Program-made: the position numbers and the translations under genes
Notes under the pieces: model-generated
Databases searched by the model: none
Told to the model about the DNA's origin: nothing
The model's input: only the letters and a program-made list of their open reading frames with translations
Shown here: piece by piece, positions 42,636 through 55,600 of the stretch
Numbering within the stretch: position 1 is the stretch's first letter
How the letters are laid out: every line of letters starts with the position of its first letter
NCBI GenBank assembly: GCA_026770705.1
Contig: JANJGN010000006.1
Span: 52,328,001-52,392,000 of the forward strand
Direction of reading: 5' to 3'
Length of the DNA stretch: 64,000 bases
From: Isurus oxyrinchus
Taxonomy: Eukaryota

Positions 42636-43259
42636 TAGGGTCCCCCTTATCCTCAATTATCACCCCACCAGCCTCCGCATTCAAAGGATCATCCTCCGCC
42701 ATTTCTGCTAGCTCTAGCATTATGCCACCACCAAACACATCTTCCTTCACCGCCGCCCCCCCCCCCCCCCCCCACCCCCCCACAAGGCCGACAGCATTCC
42801 GCAGGGATCGTTCCTTCCGAGACACCCTGGTCCACGCCTCCATCACCCCCTACATCTCAACCCGCTCCCACGGCACCTTCCCATGCAACTGCAAAAGGTG
42901 CAACACCTGCCCCTTTACTTCCTCCCTCCTCACTGTCCAAGGGCCCAAACACTCCTTTCAAGTGAAGCAGCACTTCGCTTGCACTTCCCTCAATTTAGTC
43001 TACTGCATTCACTGCTCCCTCTACATTGGAGAGACCAAACGCAGACTGGGTGACCGCTTTGTGGAACACCTTCAGTCTGTCCACAAGCATGACCCAGACC
43101 TCCCTGTCACTTGCCATTTCAACACACCACCCTGCTCTCATGCCCATATGTCTGTCCTTGGCCTGCTGCAATGTTCCAGTGAAGCTCAATGCAAACTGGA
43201 GGAACAGCACCTCATCTTCCAACTGGGCACTTTACAGCCTTCCGGGCTTAACATTGAGT
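42636..43259 (+). mobile_element. Penelope-like retroelement fragment (RT-EN linker plus GIY-YIG endonuclease; Neptune-like Cys motif), pseudogenised
   Basis: From 42637 it reads RVPLILNYHPTSLRIQRIILRHFC*L*HYATTKHIF. After a frameshift near the poly-C run it reads AFRRDRSFRDTLVH...GTFPCNCKRCNTC...CTSLNLVYCIHCSLYIGETKRRLGDRFVEH...HFN...LEEQHLIFQLGTLQPSGLNIE (3' part of ORF 42500-43261). VY..YIG, R..EH, HF, E..I and GLN are Penelope GIY-YIG motifs. The segment is C-rich, unlike the satellite. Confidence 0.92.
42756..42781 (-). repeat. C18-A-C7 homopolymer tract (G-run on the minus strand, G-quadruplex-capable)
   Basis: Directly visible. It lies at the frame switch in the Penelope fragment. Confidence 0.8.
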
Positions 43260-43829
43260 AAATCTCAGTTTTATAGTCAGTTTGAGAGTGAATTGGATTC
43301 TCATAGTGTGTATGACAGCGAATAGTGCTCTGCTAATGAATCTGAGTTGAATAATGCCTCTCCAACAGAATCTCATTTTGGTAGTGAGCTTGAGAGTTAG
43401 TCTAAGTTTGAAGGTATGCCTAAGAGTGAATCTGATTTTGATAGTGAATCTTAGAGTGAGTCAGAGTTTGATAGTGAACTTGAGGTGAATCTGAGTTTGA
43501 TAGTGAGCCTGACAGTGAATTATAGCTTGATAGTGAGCTTGAGAGTGAATCTGAGTTTGATAGCAAGTCTGATAGTGAATCTGAGCTTCAGAGTGGATCT
43601 GAGAATGAATTTAAGTTTGATTGTGAATTTGAGAGTGAATGTGAATTAGTGTGATGGAAGGTGAATCTGATTTTGATAGTGTGTCTGAGAGTAAATTGGA
43701 ATCTGATAATGAGTCTGATATTGAATCTGAGTTTGATAGTGCGTCTGAGTTTGATAGTGCGTCTGAGAATGAATCTGATTTCGCTAGCAATTATAAGAGT
43801 CAATCTGAATTTGACAGCATGTCTGAGAG

Positions 43830-44700
43830 TGAAGCTGAGTTTGATGGTGAGCCTGAGAGTGAATCAGAGGCTGATAGTGTGTCTGAGAGAGAATCTGAGC
43901 CAGATATTAAGTATGAGAGTGAATCGGAGTTGCAGAGTGAGTCTGAGACAGTATCTGAGTGTGATAGTGAGCCTGAGAATTGACCAGAGTTTGATAGTAA
44001 GCCTGAAAGTGAATCAAAGGCTGATAGTGTGTCTGAGAGTGAATCTCAATATGATATTGAGTCTGAGAGTAAATCTCAGCAAGATATTGAGTATGAGATT
44101 GAATCTGAGTTGGATAGTGAGTCTGAGACTGTATCTGAGAAGGATAGTGATTTTGAGAGTGAATCTAGCTGTGTCAGTGAGTTTGACAGTGAGTCTGAGA
44201 CTGTATCTGAGTGTGATAGCGAGCCTGAGAGTGAAGCTGAATTTGATAGTGAGCCTGAGAGTAAATCAGAGGCTGATAGTGTGTCTGAGAGTGAATCTGA
44301 GCCAGAATTGAGTATGAGAGTGAATCTGAGATGCAGAATGAGTCTGAGACTGTATGTGAGTGTGATAGTGAACCTGAGAGTGAACCGGAGTTTGGTAATG
44401 AGCCTGAGAGTGAATCAGAGGCTGATAGTGTGTTTGAGAGCGAATCTGAATATGATATTGAGTCTGAGAGTGAATCTGAGCAAGATATTGAGTATGAGAT
44501 TGAATCTGAGTTGGATAGTGAGTCTGAGACTGTATATAAGAAGGATAGTGATTTTGAGAGTGAATCTAACAGTGTCAGTGAGTTTGACAGTGAGCTTGAG
44601 ACTGTATCTGAGTGTGATAGCGAACCTGAGAATGAAGCTGAGTTTGATAGTGAGCCTGAGAGTGAATCAGAGGCTGAGAGTGTGTCTGAGAGTGAATCTG
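43830..44700 (+). repeat. Tandem duplication, period ~401-402 bp (2+ copies)
   Basis: CAAGATATTGAGTATGAGATTGAATCTGAGTTGGATAG...AAGGATAGTG occurs at ~44080 and ~44481. GAGCCAGA occurs at ~43897 and ~44299. Confidence 0.8.
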
Positions 44701-47183
44701 ATTATGATATTGAGTATGAGAGTGAACCTGCAAGTGAAAGTGAATCTGTGAGTGAAGCTCATTCTAATATTAAGCCTAACAGTGAATCTCTGAGTGTGAT
44801 AGTGAGCTTCACAGTGTATCTGAGTTTGATAGTGAGCCTGAGAGTGAATATGATACTTATGGTGAGTCCAAGAGTCTCAAAGAGTGAATGTGAGTTTGAT
44901 AGTGAGACTTAGAATGAATCTGAGTTTCACAATGAGTCAGAGAGTGAACCTGCGTTTGATATTAATTCTGAGAGTGAATCAGAGTTTGATAGTGAGTTTG
45001 ACAGTGAATCTGAGGCTGATCGTGTGTCTTAGGGCTAATCTGAGTCTGATATTGAATCTGAGAGTGAATCTGAGTTTGACAGGGAGTCTGAGATTGAATT
45101 ACATGTTGATAGTGGGTTTGAGAATGAATTTGTCTTTGATAGTGAATCTGAGAGTGAATCTCATGTGACAGTGAGTCTGAGAGTGAATTTGAGTTTGATA
45201 GTGAATCTGAGAATGAATCTGAGTTTGATAGTCCACCTGAGAGTGAATCTATGTTTGACAGGGTGTATGAGAGTGGTTCTGGCTTTGATAGTGAATCTGA
45301 GAGTGAACATCAGCCTGATAGTAGCTCTGAGTTTGATGGTGAGTTTGAGAGTCAATCAGGAGTCTCATAGTCAGCCTGAGAGTGACTCTGAGTTCGATAG
45401 AGAGTGAAAGAGTGACTCCGCCTCTCACATTGTGTCTGACAGTGAATGACTGTTTGATAGTGCATCAGAGAGTGAATCAGAGTTTGATATTGGGCCTGAA
45501 AGTTAAGCAGTGTTTGATTGTGAGCTTGAGATTGAATCTGAGTTTGATAATGAGTCCGAAAGTAAGTCTGTTCTTGAAAGTCAGCCTGAGAATGAACCTG
45601 AGCCCAATAATCAATCTGAACGAATCTGAGTTTGTTAGTGAGTCTGAGAGAGAATCAGAGACAGAGCCTGACTCTCAGTGAAGCCGAGACAGAAAGTGAG
45701 TCTAAGTGAATGGGAGTTTCAAAGTGTGCCTGAGGCTGAATTTGAGTTTCATAATAAGTTTGCGAGTCAGTCTGAGTCTCATAGTTAGTCTGAGAGTGAA
45801 TCTGTGTTTGCTAGTGAGGATGACAGTGAGCCTGAGTTTGAGAGTGAGCTTGAGAGTGAATCTGAGACTGAAAGTCAATCTGAGTGAACCAGAGACTGAA
45901 AGTGAGTCTGAGAGTGAATCTGGGCTTTAAACTAAGTCTGAGACTGAATTTGAGTTTGATATTGAGTCTGAGAGTCAATCTGACCCTCATAGTCAGTCGG
46001 AAGATGACTCTGAATGTGATATAGAGTCTAAGAGTGACCATGCCTCTCATGTTATGTCTGGCAGTGAATGTTTGATTGATAGTGTGCTTAAGAGTAAATC
46101 TGTCTGACAGTGAACCTGACAGAGAATCTGATTTGATAGTGAGTTTGATAGTGAGTCTGAGAGTGTATCTGCGTTTGATAGTGAGTCTGAGAGTGAATCT
46201 GATTTGATAGTGAGTCTGACAGTGAATCTGAGACTGATAGTGAGTCTGAGAGTGAATCTGAGTTTGATAGTGTGCCCGACAGTGCATGTGAGCCAGAGAG
46301 TGAGTCTGAGGCTGTAGCTGAGTCTCAAATTGAATCTATGAGTAAATCTCAGTTTGATGCTGAGCCTGAGACTGAATCTGAATTTATAATGATTCTGAGA
46401 GTGAATATGAGTTCAATAGTGAATCTGACAGATAACCTGAATCTGATAGTGAATCTGAGACTGAAAGTGAGTCTGAGAGTGAATCTGAGTTTCAAAGTGT
46501 GTCTGAGACTGAATTTGAGTTTGATAGTGAGTCTGGGAGTCAAGCTGAGTCTCATAGTCAGCCGCCTGAGAGTGGTCTGGGTTTGATAGAGAGTGTAAGA
46601 GTGACTCCGCCTCTCACATTGTGTCTGACAGGGAATGACTGATTGATAGTGAGTCTGAGAGCTAATGTCAGTAAGCTGGTGAGTGTTAAGATGAATCTGA
46701 GTCTCATAGTCAGCCTGAGAATGAACCTGAGCCCAATAATCAATCTGAACGAATCTGAGTTTGTTAGTGAGTCTGAGAGTGAATTAGAGACAGAGCCTGA
46801 GTCTCAATGAAGCCGAGACAGAAAGTGAGTCTGAGTGAATGGGAGTTTCAAAGTGTGCCTGAGACTGAATTTGAGTTTCATAATAAGTTTGAGAGTCAAT
46901 CTGAGTCTCATAGGTAGTCTGAGAGTGAATCTGTGTTTGCTAGTGAGGATGACTGTGAGCCTGAGTTTGAGAGTGAGCCTGAGAGTGAATCTGAGACTGA
47001 AAGTCAATCTGAGTGAACCAGAGACTGAAAATGAGTCTGATAGTGAATCTGGGCTTTAAACTGAGTCTGAGACTGAATTTGAGTTTGATATTGAGTCTGA
47101 GAGTCAATCTGAGCCTCATAGTCAGTCGGAGGATGACTCTGAATGTGATAGAGAGTCTAAAAATGACCATGCCTCTCATGTTT

Positions 47184-47372
47184 GGCAGCATCGGCGGAGA
47201 AGAAAAGAGTTGATGTTTCGAGTCCTCATGACCCTTCGACATAAAAGGGTCATGAGGACTCGAAACGTCAACTCTTTTCTTCTCCGCCGATGCTGCCAGA
47301 CCTGTTGAGTTTTTCCAGGTAATTCTGTTTTTGTTTTGGATTTCCAGCATCCGCAGTTTTTTTTGTTTTTAT
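47184..47372 (+). mobile_element. Short non-autonomous retroposed insertion (probably Penelope pseudo-LTR-derived) with 5' inverted duplication and T-rich 3' end
   Basis: Flanked by an 11-bp direct repeat CTCTCATGTTT (47173-47183 and 47373-47383). Empty-site paralogues exist (e.g. GCCTCTCATGTTTTGTCTGGCAG at ~53204-53226). Arms 47183-47236 and 47245-47298 are inverted repeats with one mismatch. Confidence 0.88.
47245..47275 (+). ncRNA. Partial (5'-truncated) minimal type I hammerhead-ribozyme-like motif; probably inactive
   Basis: The sequence is AA-GGGTC-atgag-GACTC-GAAA-CG-TC-AACTC: helix II, the GAAA core, palindromic ACGT helix III and a GUC cleavage triplet. The CUGANGA box is missing on this arm. 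The inverted arm reads ATGTCGAAGGGTC on the minus strand. Minimal hammerheads are known from Penelope pseudo-LTRs. Confidence 0.5.
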
Positions 47373-47599
47373 CTCTCATGTTTTGTCTGGCAGTGAATGT
47401 TTGAATGATAGTATGCCTGAGAGTAAATCTGTCTGACAGTGAACCTGACAGAGAATCTGATTTGATAGTGAGTTTGAGAGTGAATCTGAGTTTGATAGTG
47501 AGTCTGAGAGTGTATTTGCGTTTGATAGTGAATCTAAGAGTGAATCTGATTTGATAGTGAGTCTGACAGTGAATCTGAGAATGATAGTGAGTCTGAGAG

Positions 47600-50500
47600 T
47601 GAATCTGAGTTTGATAGTGTGACTAAGACTGAATCTCATTTCGATGTAGAGACTGAGATTTAATCTGAGTGCGATAATGAGTCTGAGAGTGAGTCTGTGT
47701 TGAATAGTCAGGATGAGAGTGAACCTGAGACGGATAATCAGTCTGAATGAATCTGAGTTTGATAGTGAGTCTGATAGTGAATCTGAGACTGAAAGTGAGT
47801 CTGAGAGTGAATCTGAGTTTCAAAGTGTGTCTGAGACTGAATTTGAGTTTGATAGTGAGTCTGGGAGTCACGCTGAGTCTCATAGTCAGCCTGAGAGTGG
47901 TCTGGGTTTGATAGAGAGTGTAAGAGTGATTCCGCCTCTCACATTGTGTCTGACAGTGAATGACAGATTGATAGTGAGTCTGAGAGCTATTGTGAGTATG
48001 ATGGTGAGTGTTAAGATGAATCTGAGACTCATTGTCAGCCTGAGAGTGACTTTGGGTTTGATCAAGAGTCTAAGAGTGACCCTGCTCCTCATATTATGTC
48101 TGATAGTGAATGTTTGATTGCTAGTGAGTCTGAGATTTAATTTGAATGTGACTGTGAGTCTGACAGAGAATCTGATTTGCTGGTGAGTCTGAAAGTGATT
48201 CTGAGTTTGATAGTGTGTCTGAGAGTGAATCTGTGTCTGATTGTTAGTCTAACAGTGAATGTGAGTCTGAGTCTGAAATTGAGCCTATGAGTAAATCTCA
48301 GTTTGACACTGTGTCTGAGACTGAATCTGATTTTGATAATGATTCTGAGAGTGAATATGAGTTCGATAGTGAATCTGACAGATAATCTGAACCTGACAGT
48401 GAGCCAGCGAGTGAATGTAAGTTTGATTGTGATTCTGAGAGCAAATCAATTTTATAGTGAGTCTAAGATTAAATGTGAGTTTGATAGTGAGTATAAGAGT
48501 GAATGAGAGTTTGATAGTGAGTCTGAGAGTGAAACAAAGTTTGACCTTGAGTCTGAAAGTGAATCCGAGTTTCATATTGAGACTGATAGTGAATCTGATT
48601 CTGATGGTGATCCTTAGGCTTGGTAGTGAGCCTGAGAGTAAATCTGAGACTGTTAGTGACTCTGAGGCAGAATCCCATTTTGATAGCATGCTTCAGACTT
48701 AGTCTGAGTTGATAGCATGCCTGAGAGTGAATCTGATTTTGATAGTGTGCCTGAGAGTGAATCTGATTTTAATAGTGAATCTGAAAGTGATCCTGAGTTT
48801 GATAGTGTGTTTGAGAGTGAGCGAGTCATTGATTGTGAGCTTGAGCTTGAATCTGAGTCTGACAGCGTGACTAAGAGTGAATCACATTTTGATATAGAGA
48901 CTGAGATTGAATCTGAGTTTGATAGTGAGTCTGAGAGTGAACCTCGGCTTGATAATCAGTCTGAATGAATCTGAGTTTGATAGTGTGTCTGAAAGTGAAT
49001 CTGAGACTGAATGTGAGTTTGAGTGAATCTGAGACCAGAAGTGAGTCTGAAAGTGAATGGGAGTTTCAAAATGTGTCTGAGACTGAATTTGAGTTTGATG
49101 GTGAGTTTGAGAATCAATCTGAGTCTCATAGTCAGCCTGAGAGTGACACTGAGTTCGATAGAGAATGAAAGAGTGACTCTGCCTCTCACATTGTGTCTGA
49201 CAGTGAATGACTGTTTGATAGTGCATCAGAAAGTGAATCAGAGTTTGATATTGGGCCTGAAAGTTAAACAGTGTTTGATTGTGAGCTTGAGATTGAATCT
49301 GAGTTTGATAGTGTGACTAAGACTGAATCTCATTTTGACATAGAGACTGAGATTGAATCTGAGTTTGATAGTGAGTCTGAGAGTGAACCTATGCATGATA
49401 ATCAGTCTGAATGAATCTGAGTTTGATAGAGTGTCTGAAAGCGAATCTGAGTTTGAAAGTAAGTCTGAGAGTGAATCTAAGTTTCAAAGTGTGTCTGAGA
49501 CTGAATTTGAGTTTGATATTGAGACAGGGAGTCAAGCTGAGTCTCATAGTCAGCCTGAGAGTGGTCTGGGTTCGATAGAGAGTGTAAGAGTGACTCCGCA
49601 TCTCACATTGTCTCTGACAGTGAATGACTGATTGATAGCGAGTCTGAGAGCTAATGTGAGTATAATGGTGAGTGTTAAGATGAATCTGAGTCTCATAGTC
49701 AGCCTGAGAGTGACTTTGAGTTTGATCATGAGTCTAAGAGTGACCCTGCTCCTCATATTATGTCTTGACAGTTAATGTTTGATTGCTAGTGAGTCGGAGA
49801 TTTAATTTGAGTATACTGTGAGTCTGACAGAGAATCTGATTTGCTGGTGAGTCTGAAAGTGATTCTGAGTTTAATAGTGTGTCTGAGAGTGAATTTGTGT
49901 CTGATTGTTAGTCTGACAGTGAATGTGAGTCTGAGTCTGAAATTGAGCCTATGAGTAAATCTCAGTTTGACACTGAGTCTGAGACTGAATCTGATTTTGA
50001 TAATGATTCTGAGAGTGAATATGAGTTCAATAATGAATCTGTCAGATAATCTGAACCTGACAGTGAGCCTGTGAGTGAATGTAAGTTTGATTGTGATTCT
50101 GAGAGCAAATCAGTTTTATAGTGAGTCTAAGATTAAATGTGAGTTTGATAGTGAGTATAAGAGTGAATGAGAGTTTGATAGTGAGTCTGAGAGTGAAACA
50201 AAGTTTGACCTTGAGTCTGAAAGTGAATCCGAGTTTCATATTGAGACTGATAGTGAATCTGATTCTGATGGTGATCCTTAGAGTCAATCTGGGCTTGGTA
50301 GTGAGCCTGAGAGTAAATCTGAGACTGTTAGTGACTCTGAGGCAGAATCCCATTTTGATAGCATGCTTCAGACTTAGTCTGAGTTGATAGCATGCCTGAG
50401 AGTGAATCTGATTTTGATAGTGTGCCTGAGAGTGAATCTGATTTTAATAGTGAATCTGAAAGTGATCCTGAGTTTGATAGTGTGTTTGAGAGTGAGCGAG

Positions 50501-52690
50501 TCATTGATTGTGAGCTTGAGCTTGAATCTGAGTCTGACAGCGTGACTAAGAGTGAATCACATTTTGATATAGAGACTGAGATTGAATCTGAGTTTGATAG
50601 TGAGTCTGAGAGTGAACCTCGGCTTGATAATCAGTCTGAATGAATCTGAGTTTGATAGTGTGTCTGAAAGTGAATCTGAGACTGAATGTGAGTTTGAGTG
50701 AATCTGAGACCAGAAGTGAGTCTGAAAGTGAATGGGAGTTTCAAAATGTGTCTGAGACTGAATTTGAGTTTGATGGTGAGTTTGAGAATCAATCTGAGTC
50801 TCATAGTCAGCCTGAGAGTGACACTGAGTTCGATAGAGAATGAAAGAGTGACTCTGCCTCTCACATTGTGTCTGACAGTGAATGACTGTTTGATAGTGCA
50901 TCAGAAAGTGAATCAGAGTTTGATATTGGGCCTGAAAGTTAAACAGTGTTTGATTGTGAGCTTGAGATTGAATCTGAGTTTGATAGTGTGACTAAGACTG
51001 AATCTCATTTTGACATAGAGACTGAGATTGAATCTGAGTTTGATAGTGAGTCTGAGAGTGAACCTATGCATGATAATCAGTCTGAATGAATCTGAGTTTG
51101 ATAGAGTGTCTGAAAGCGAATCTGAGTTTGAAAGTAAGTCTGAGAGTGAATCTAAGTTTCAAAGTGTGTCTGAGACTGAATTTGAGTTTGATATTGAGAC
51201 AGGGAGTCAAGCTGAGTCTCATAGTCAGCCTGAGAGTGGTCTGGGTTCGATAGAGAGTGTAAGAGTGACTCCGCATCTCACATTGTCTCTGACAGTGAAT
51301 GACTGATTGATAGCGAGTCTGAGAGCTAATGTGAGTATAATGGTGAGTGTTAAGATGAATCTGAGTCTCATAGTCAGCCTGAGAGTGACTTTGAGTTTGA
51401 TCATGAGTCTAAGAGTGACCCTGCTCCTCATATTATGTCTTGACAGTTAATGTTTGATTGCTAGTGAGTCGGAGATTTAATTTGAGTATACTGTGAGTCT
51501 GACAGAGAATCTGATTTGCTGGTGAGTCTGAAAGTGATTCTGAGTTTAATAGTGTGTCTGAGAGTGAATTTGTGTCTGATTGTTAGTCTGACAGTGAATG
51601 TGAGTCTGAGTCTGAAATTGAGCCTATGAGTAAATCTCAGTTTGACACTGAGTCTGAGACTGAATCTGATTTTGATAATGATTCTGAGAGTGAATATGAG
51701 TTCAATAATGAATCTGTCAGATAATCTGAACCTGACAGTGAGCCTGTGAGTGAATGTAAGTTTGATTGTGATTCTGAGAGCAAATCAGTTTTATAGTGAG
51801 TCTAAGATTAAATGTGAGTTTGATAGTGAGTATGAGAGTGAATGAGAGTTTGCTAGTGAGTCTGAGAGTGAAACAAAGTTTGACCTTGAGTCTGAGAGTG
51901 AATCCGAGTTTGATATTGAGACTGATAGTGAATCTGGTTCTGACAGTGATCCTGAGAGTCAATCTGGGCTTGGTAGTGAGTCTGAGAGTAAATCTGAGAC
52001 AGTTAGTGACTCTGAGGCAGAATCCCAATTTGATAGCATACTTCAGAGTTAGTCTGAGTTGATAGCATGCCTGAGAGTGAATCTGATTTTGATAGTGTGC
52101 CTGAGAGTGAATCTGATTTTAATAGTGAATCTGAAAGTGATCCTGAGTTTGATAGTGTGTTTGAGAGTGAGCGAGTCATTGATTGTGAGCTTGAACTTGA
52201 ATCTGAGTCTGACAGTGTGACTAAGAGTGAATCTCATTTTGTTTTGGAGACTGACATTGAATCTGAGTTTGATAGTGAGTCTGAGAGTGAACCTATGCCT
52301 GATAATCGGTCTGAATGAATCTGAGTTTGATAGTGTGTCTGAAAGTAAATCTGAGACTGAATGTGAGTTTGAGTGAATCTGAGACCAGAAGTGAGTCTGA
52401 GAGTGAATGGGAGTTTCAAAATGTGTCTGAGACTGAATTTGAGTTTGATGGTGAGTTTGAGAGTCAATCTGAGTCTCATAGTCAGCCTGAGAGTGACTCT
52501 GAGTTCGATAGAGAGTAAAAGAGTGACTCCGCATTGTGTCTGACAGTGAATGACTGTTTGATAGTGCATCAGAGAGTGAATCAGAGTTTGATATTGGGCC
52601 TGAAAGTTAAACAGTGTTTGATTGTGAGCTTGAGATTGAATCTGAGTTTGATAGTGAGACTACGACTGAATCTCGTTGTGATATAGAGAC
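47600..52690 (+). repeat. Young higher-order repeat, unit 1675 bp, ~3 copies
   Basis: Identical or near-identical ORFs occur at 48717/50392/52067, 48965/50640/52315 and 49353/51028 (offsets exactly 1675). Confidence 0.93.
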
Positions 52691-55600
52691 TGAGATTTAA
52701 TCTGAGTTTAATACTGAGTCCGAAAGTAAGTCTGTTCTTGAAAGTCAGCCTGAGAATGAACCTGAGCCCAATAATCAATCTGAACGAATGAGTTTGTTAG
52801 TGAGTCTGAGAGTGAATCAGAGACAGAGCCTGACTCTCAATGAAGCCGAGACAGAAAGTGAGTCTGAGTGAATGGGAGTTTCAAAGTGTGCCTGAGGCTG
52901 AATTTGAGTTTCATAATAAGTTTGAGAGTCAGTCTGAGTCTCATAGTTAGTCTGAGAGTGAATCTGTGTTTGCTAGTGAGGATGACTGTGAGCCTGAGTT
53001 TGAGAGTGAGCTTGAGAGTGAATCTGAGACTGAAAGTCAATCTGAGTGAACCAGAGACTGAAAGTGAGTCTGAGAGTGAATCTGGGTTTTAAACTGAGTC
53101 TGAGACTGAATTTGAGTTTGATATTGAGTCTGAGAGTCAATCTGAGCCTCATAGTCAGTCGGAGGATGACTCTGAATGTAATAGAGAGTCTAAGAGTGAC
53201 CATGCCTCTCATGTTTTGTCTGGCAGTGAATGTTTGATTGATAGTGTGCCTAAGAGTAAATCTGTCTGACAGTGAACCTGACAGAGAATCTGATTTGATA
53301 GTGAGTTTGAGAGTGAATCTGAGTTTGATAGTGAGTCTGAGAGTGTATCTGCGTTTGATAGTGAGTCTAAGAGTGAATGCGATTTGATAGTGAGTCTGAG
53401 AGTGTATCTGAGTTTGATAGTGTGCCCAACAATGCATGTGAGCCAGAGAGTGAGTCTGAGGCTGCAGCTGAGTCTCAAATTGAATCTATGAATAAATCTC
53501 AGTTTGATGCTGAGCCTGAGACTGAATCTGACTTTAATAATGATTCTGAGAGTGAATATGAGTTCAGTAGTGAATCTGACAGATAACCTGAATCTGATAG
53601 TGAGCCTGAGAGTGAATGGGAGTTTGATAGTGAGTCTTAAGGTGAGTTTAAGTTTGATAGTGAATCTGAGAGTGAATCAGAGATCAGTAGTGAATCGGAC
53701 AGAGAATCCGAGTTTGTTAGTGAATCTGGCAGTGAATCTGAGTTTGATAGAGATCTTGAGAGTAAATGTGATTTAGATAGTGTGACTGAAAGTTACGCTG
53801 ATTTCAATAGTATGCCTGAGAGTGAATCTGAGTTTGATAGCGAGCCTAAGAGTGAATCTGATTCTGGTATTGAGTCTATGAGTGAATCAAAGTTTCATAG
53901 TGAGCATGAGCGTGAATCTGAGTAAGATCGAAAGCCTGAGAGTGAATCTGAATTTGATAGCAAGTCTGAGAGTGAATCTGAGTATGATAGTGAATTTGAG
54001 TGAATCTCATTTCACTCGCGAGTCTAAGAGTGACTCTGAGTTTGATAGAGAGTCTAAGAGTGACCCTGCTCCTCATATTATGTCTGACAGTGAATGTTTG
54101 ATTGCTAGTGAGTCGGAGATTTAATTTGAGTGTGACTGTGAGTCTGACAGAGAATCTGATTTGCTGGTGAGTCTGAAAGTGATTCTGAGTTTGACAGTGT
54201 GTCTGAGAGTGAATCTGTGTCTGATTGTTAGTCTGACAGTGAATGTGAGTCTGAGTCTGAAATTGAGCCTATGAGTAAATCTCAGTTTGACACTGTGTCT
54301 GAGACTGAATCTGATTTTGATAATGATTCTGAGAGTGAATATGAGTTCAATAATGAATCTGTCAGATAATCTGAACCTGACAGTGAGCCTGCAAGTGAAT
54401 GGAAGTTTCATTGTGATTCTGAGAGCAAATCAGTTTTATAGTGAGTCTAAGATTAAATGTGAGTTTGATAGTGAGTATGAGAGTGAATGAGAGTTTGCTA
54501 GTGAGTCTGAGAGTGAAACAAAGTTTGACCTTGAGTCTGAAAGTGAATCCGAGTTTCATATTGAGACTGATAGTGAATCTGATTCTGACAGTGATCCTGA
54601 GAGTCAATCTGGGCTTGGTAGTGAGTCTGAGAGTAAATCTGAGACTGTTAGTGACTCTGAGGCAGAATCCCATTTTGATAGCATACTTCAGACTTAGTCT
54701 GAGTTGATAGCATGCCTGAGAGTGAATCTGATTTTGATAGTGTGCATGAGAGTGAATCTGATTTTAATAGTGAATCTGAAAGTGATCCTGAGTTTGATAG
54801 TGTGTTTGAGAGTGAGCGAGTCATTGATTGTGAGCTTGAGCTTGAATCTGAGTCTGACAGTGTGACTAAGAGTGAATCTCATTTTGTTTTGGAGACTGAG
54901 ATTGAATCTGAGTTTGATAGTGAGTGTGAGAGTGAACCTATGCCTGATAATCGGTCTGAATGAATCTGAGTTTGATAGTGTGTCTGAAAGTGAATCTGAG
55001 ACTGAATGTGAGTTTGAGTGAATCTGAGACCAGAAGTGAGTCTGAAAGTGAATGGGAGTTTCAAAATGTGTCTGAGACTGAATTTGAGTTTGATGGTGAG
55101 TTTGAGAATCAATCTGAGTCTCATAGTCAGCCTGAGAGTGACACTGAGTTCGATAGAGAATGAAAAAGTGACTCTGCCTCTCACATTGTGTCTGACGGTG
55201 TTTGATAGTGCATCAGAGAGTGAATCAGAGTTTGATATTGGGCCTGAAAGTTAAACAGTGTTTGACTGTGAGCTTGAGATTGAATCTGAGTTTGATAGTG
55301 TGACTAAGACTAAATCTCGTTGTGCTATAGGGACTGAGATTTAATCTGAGTTTGATAATGAGTCCGAAAGTAAGTCTGTTCTTGAATATCAGCCTGAGAA
55401 TGAACCTGAGCCCAATAATCAATCTGAAGGAATCTGAGTTTGTTAGTGAGTCTGAGAGTGAATCAGAGACAGAGCCTGAGTCTCAATGAAGCCGAGACAG
55501 AAAGTGAGTCTGAGTGAATGGGAGTTTCAAAGTGTGCCTGAGACTGAATTTGAGTTTCATAATATGTTTAAGAGTCAGTCTGAGTCTCATAGTTAGTCTG

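Noticed and set aside
42500-43261. 253-aa ORF as an intact chimeric GIY-YIG nuclease gene
   Set aside because: The start is a TTG within satellite, the first ~90 codons are satellite or out-of-frame element sequence, and the true upstream element frame has two TAG stops.
47183-47370. Rho-independent terminator or MITE/DNA-transposon TIRs
   Set aside because: The context is eukaryotic and the stem is far too long for a terminator. The inverted arms are not at both termini of the TSD-bounded insert.
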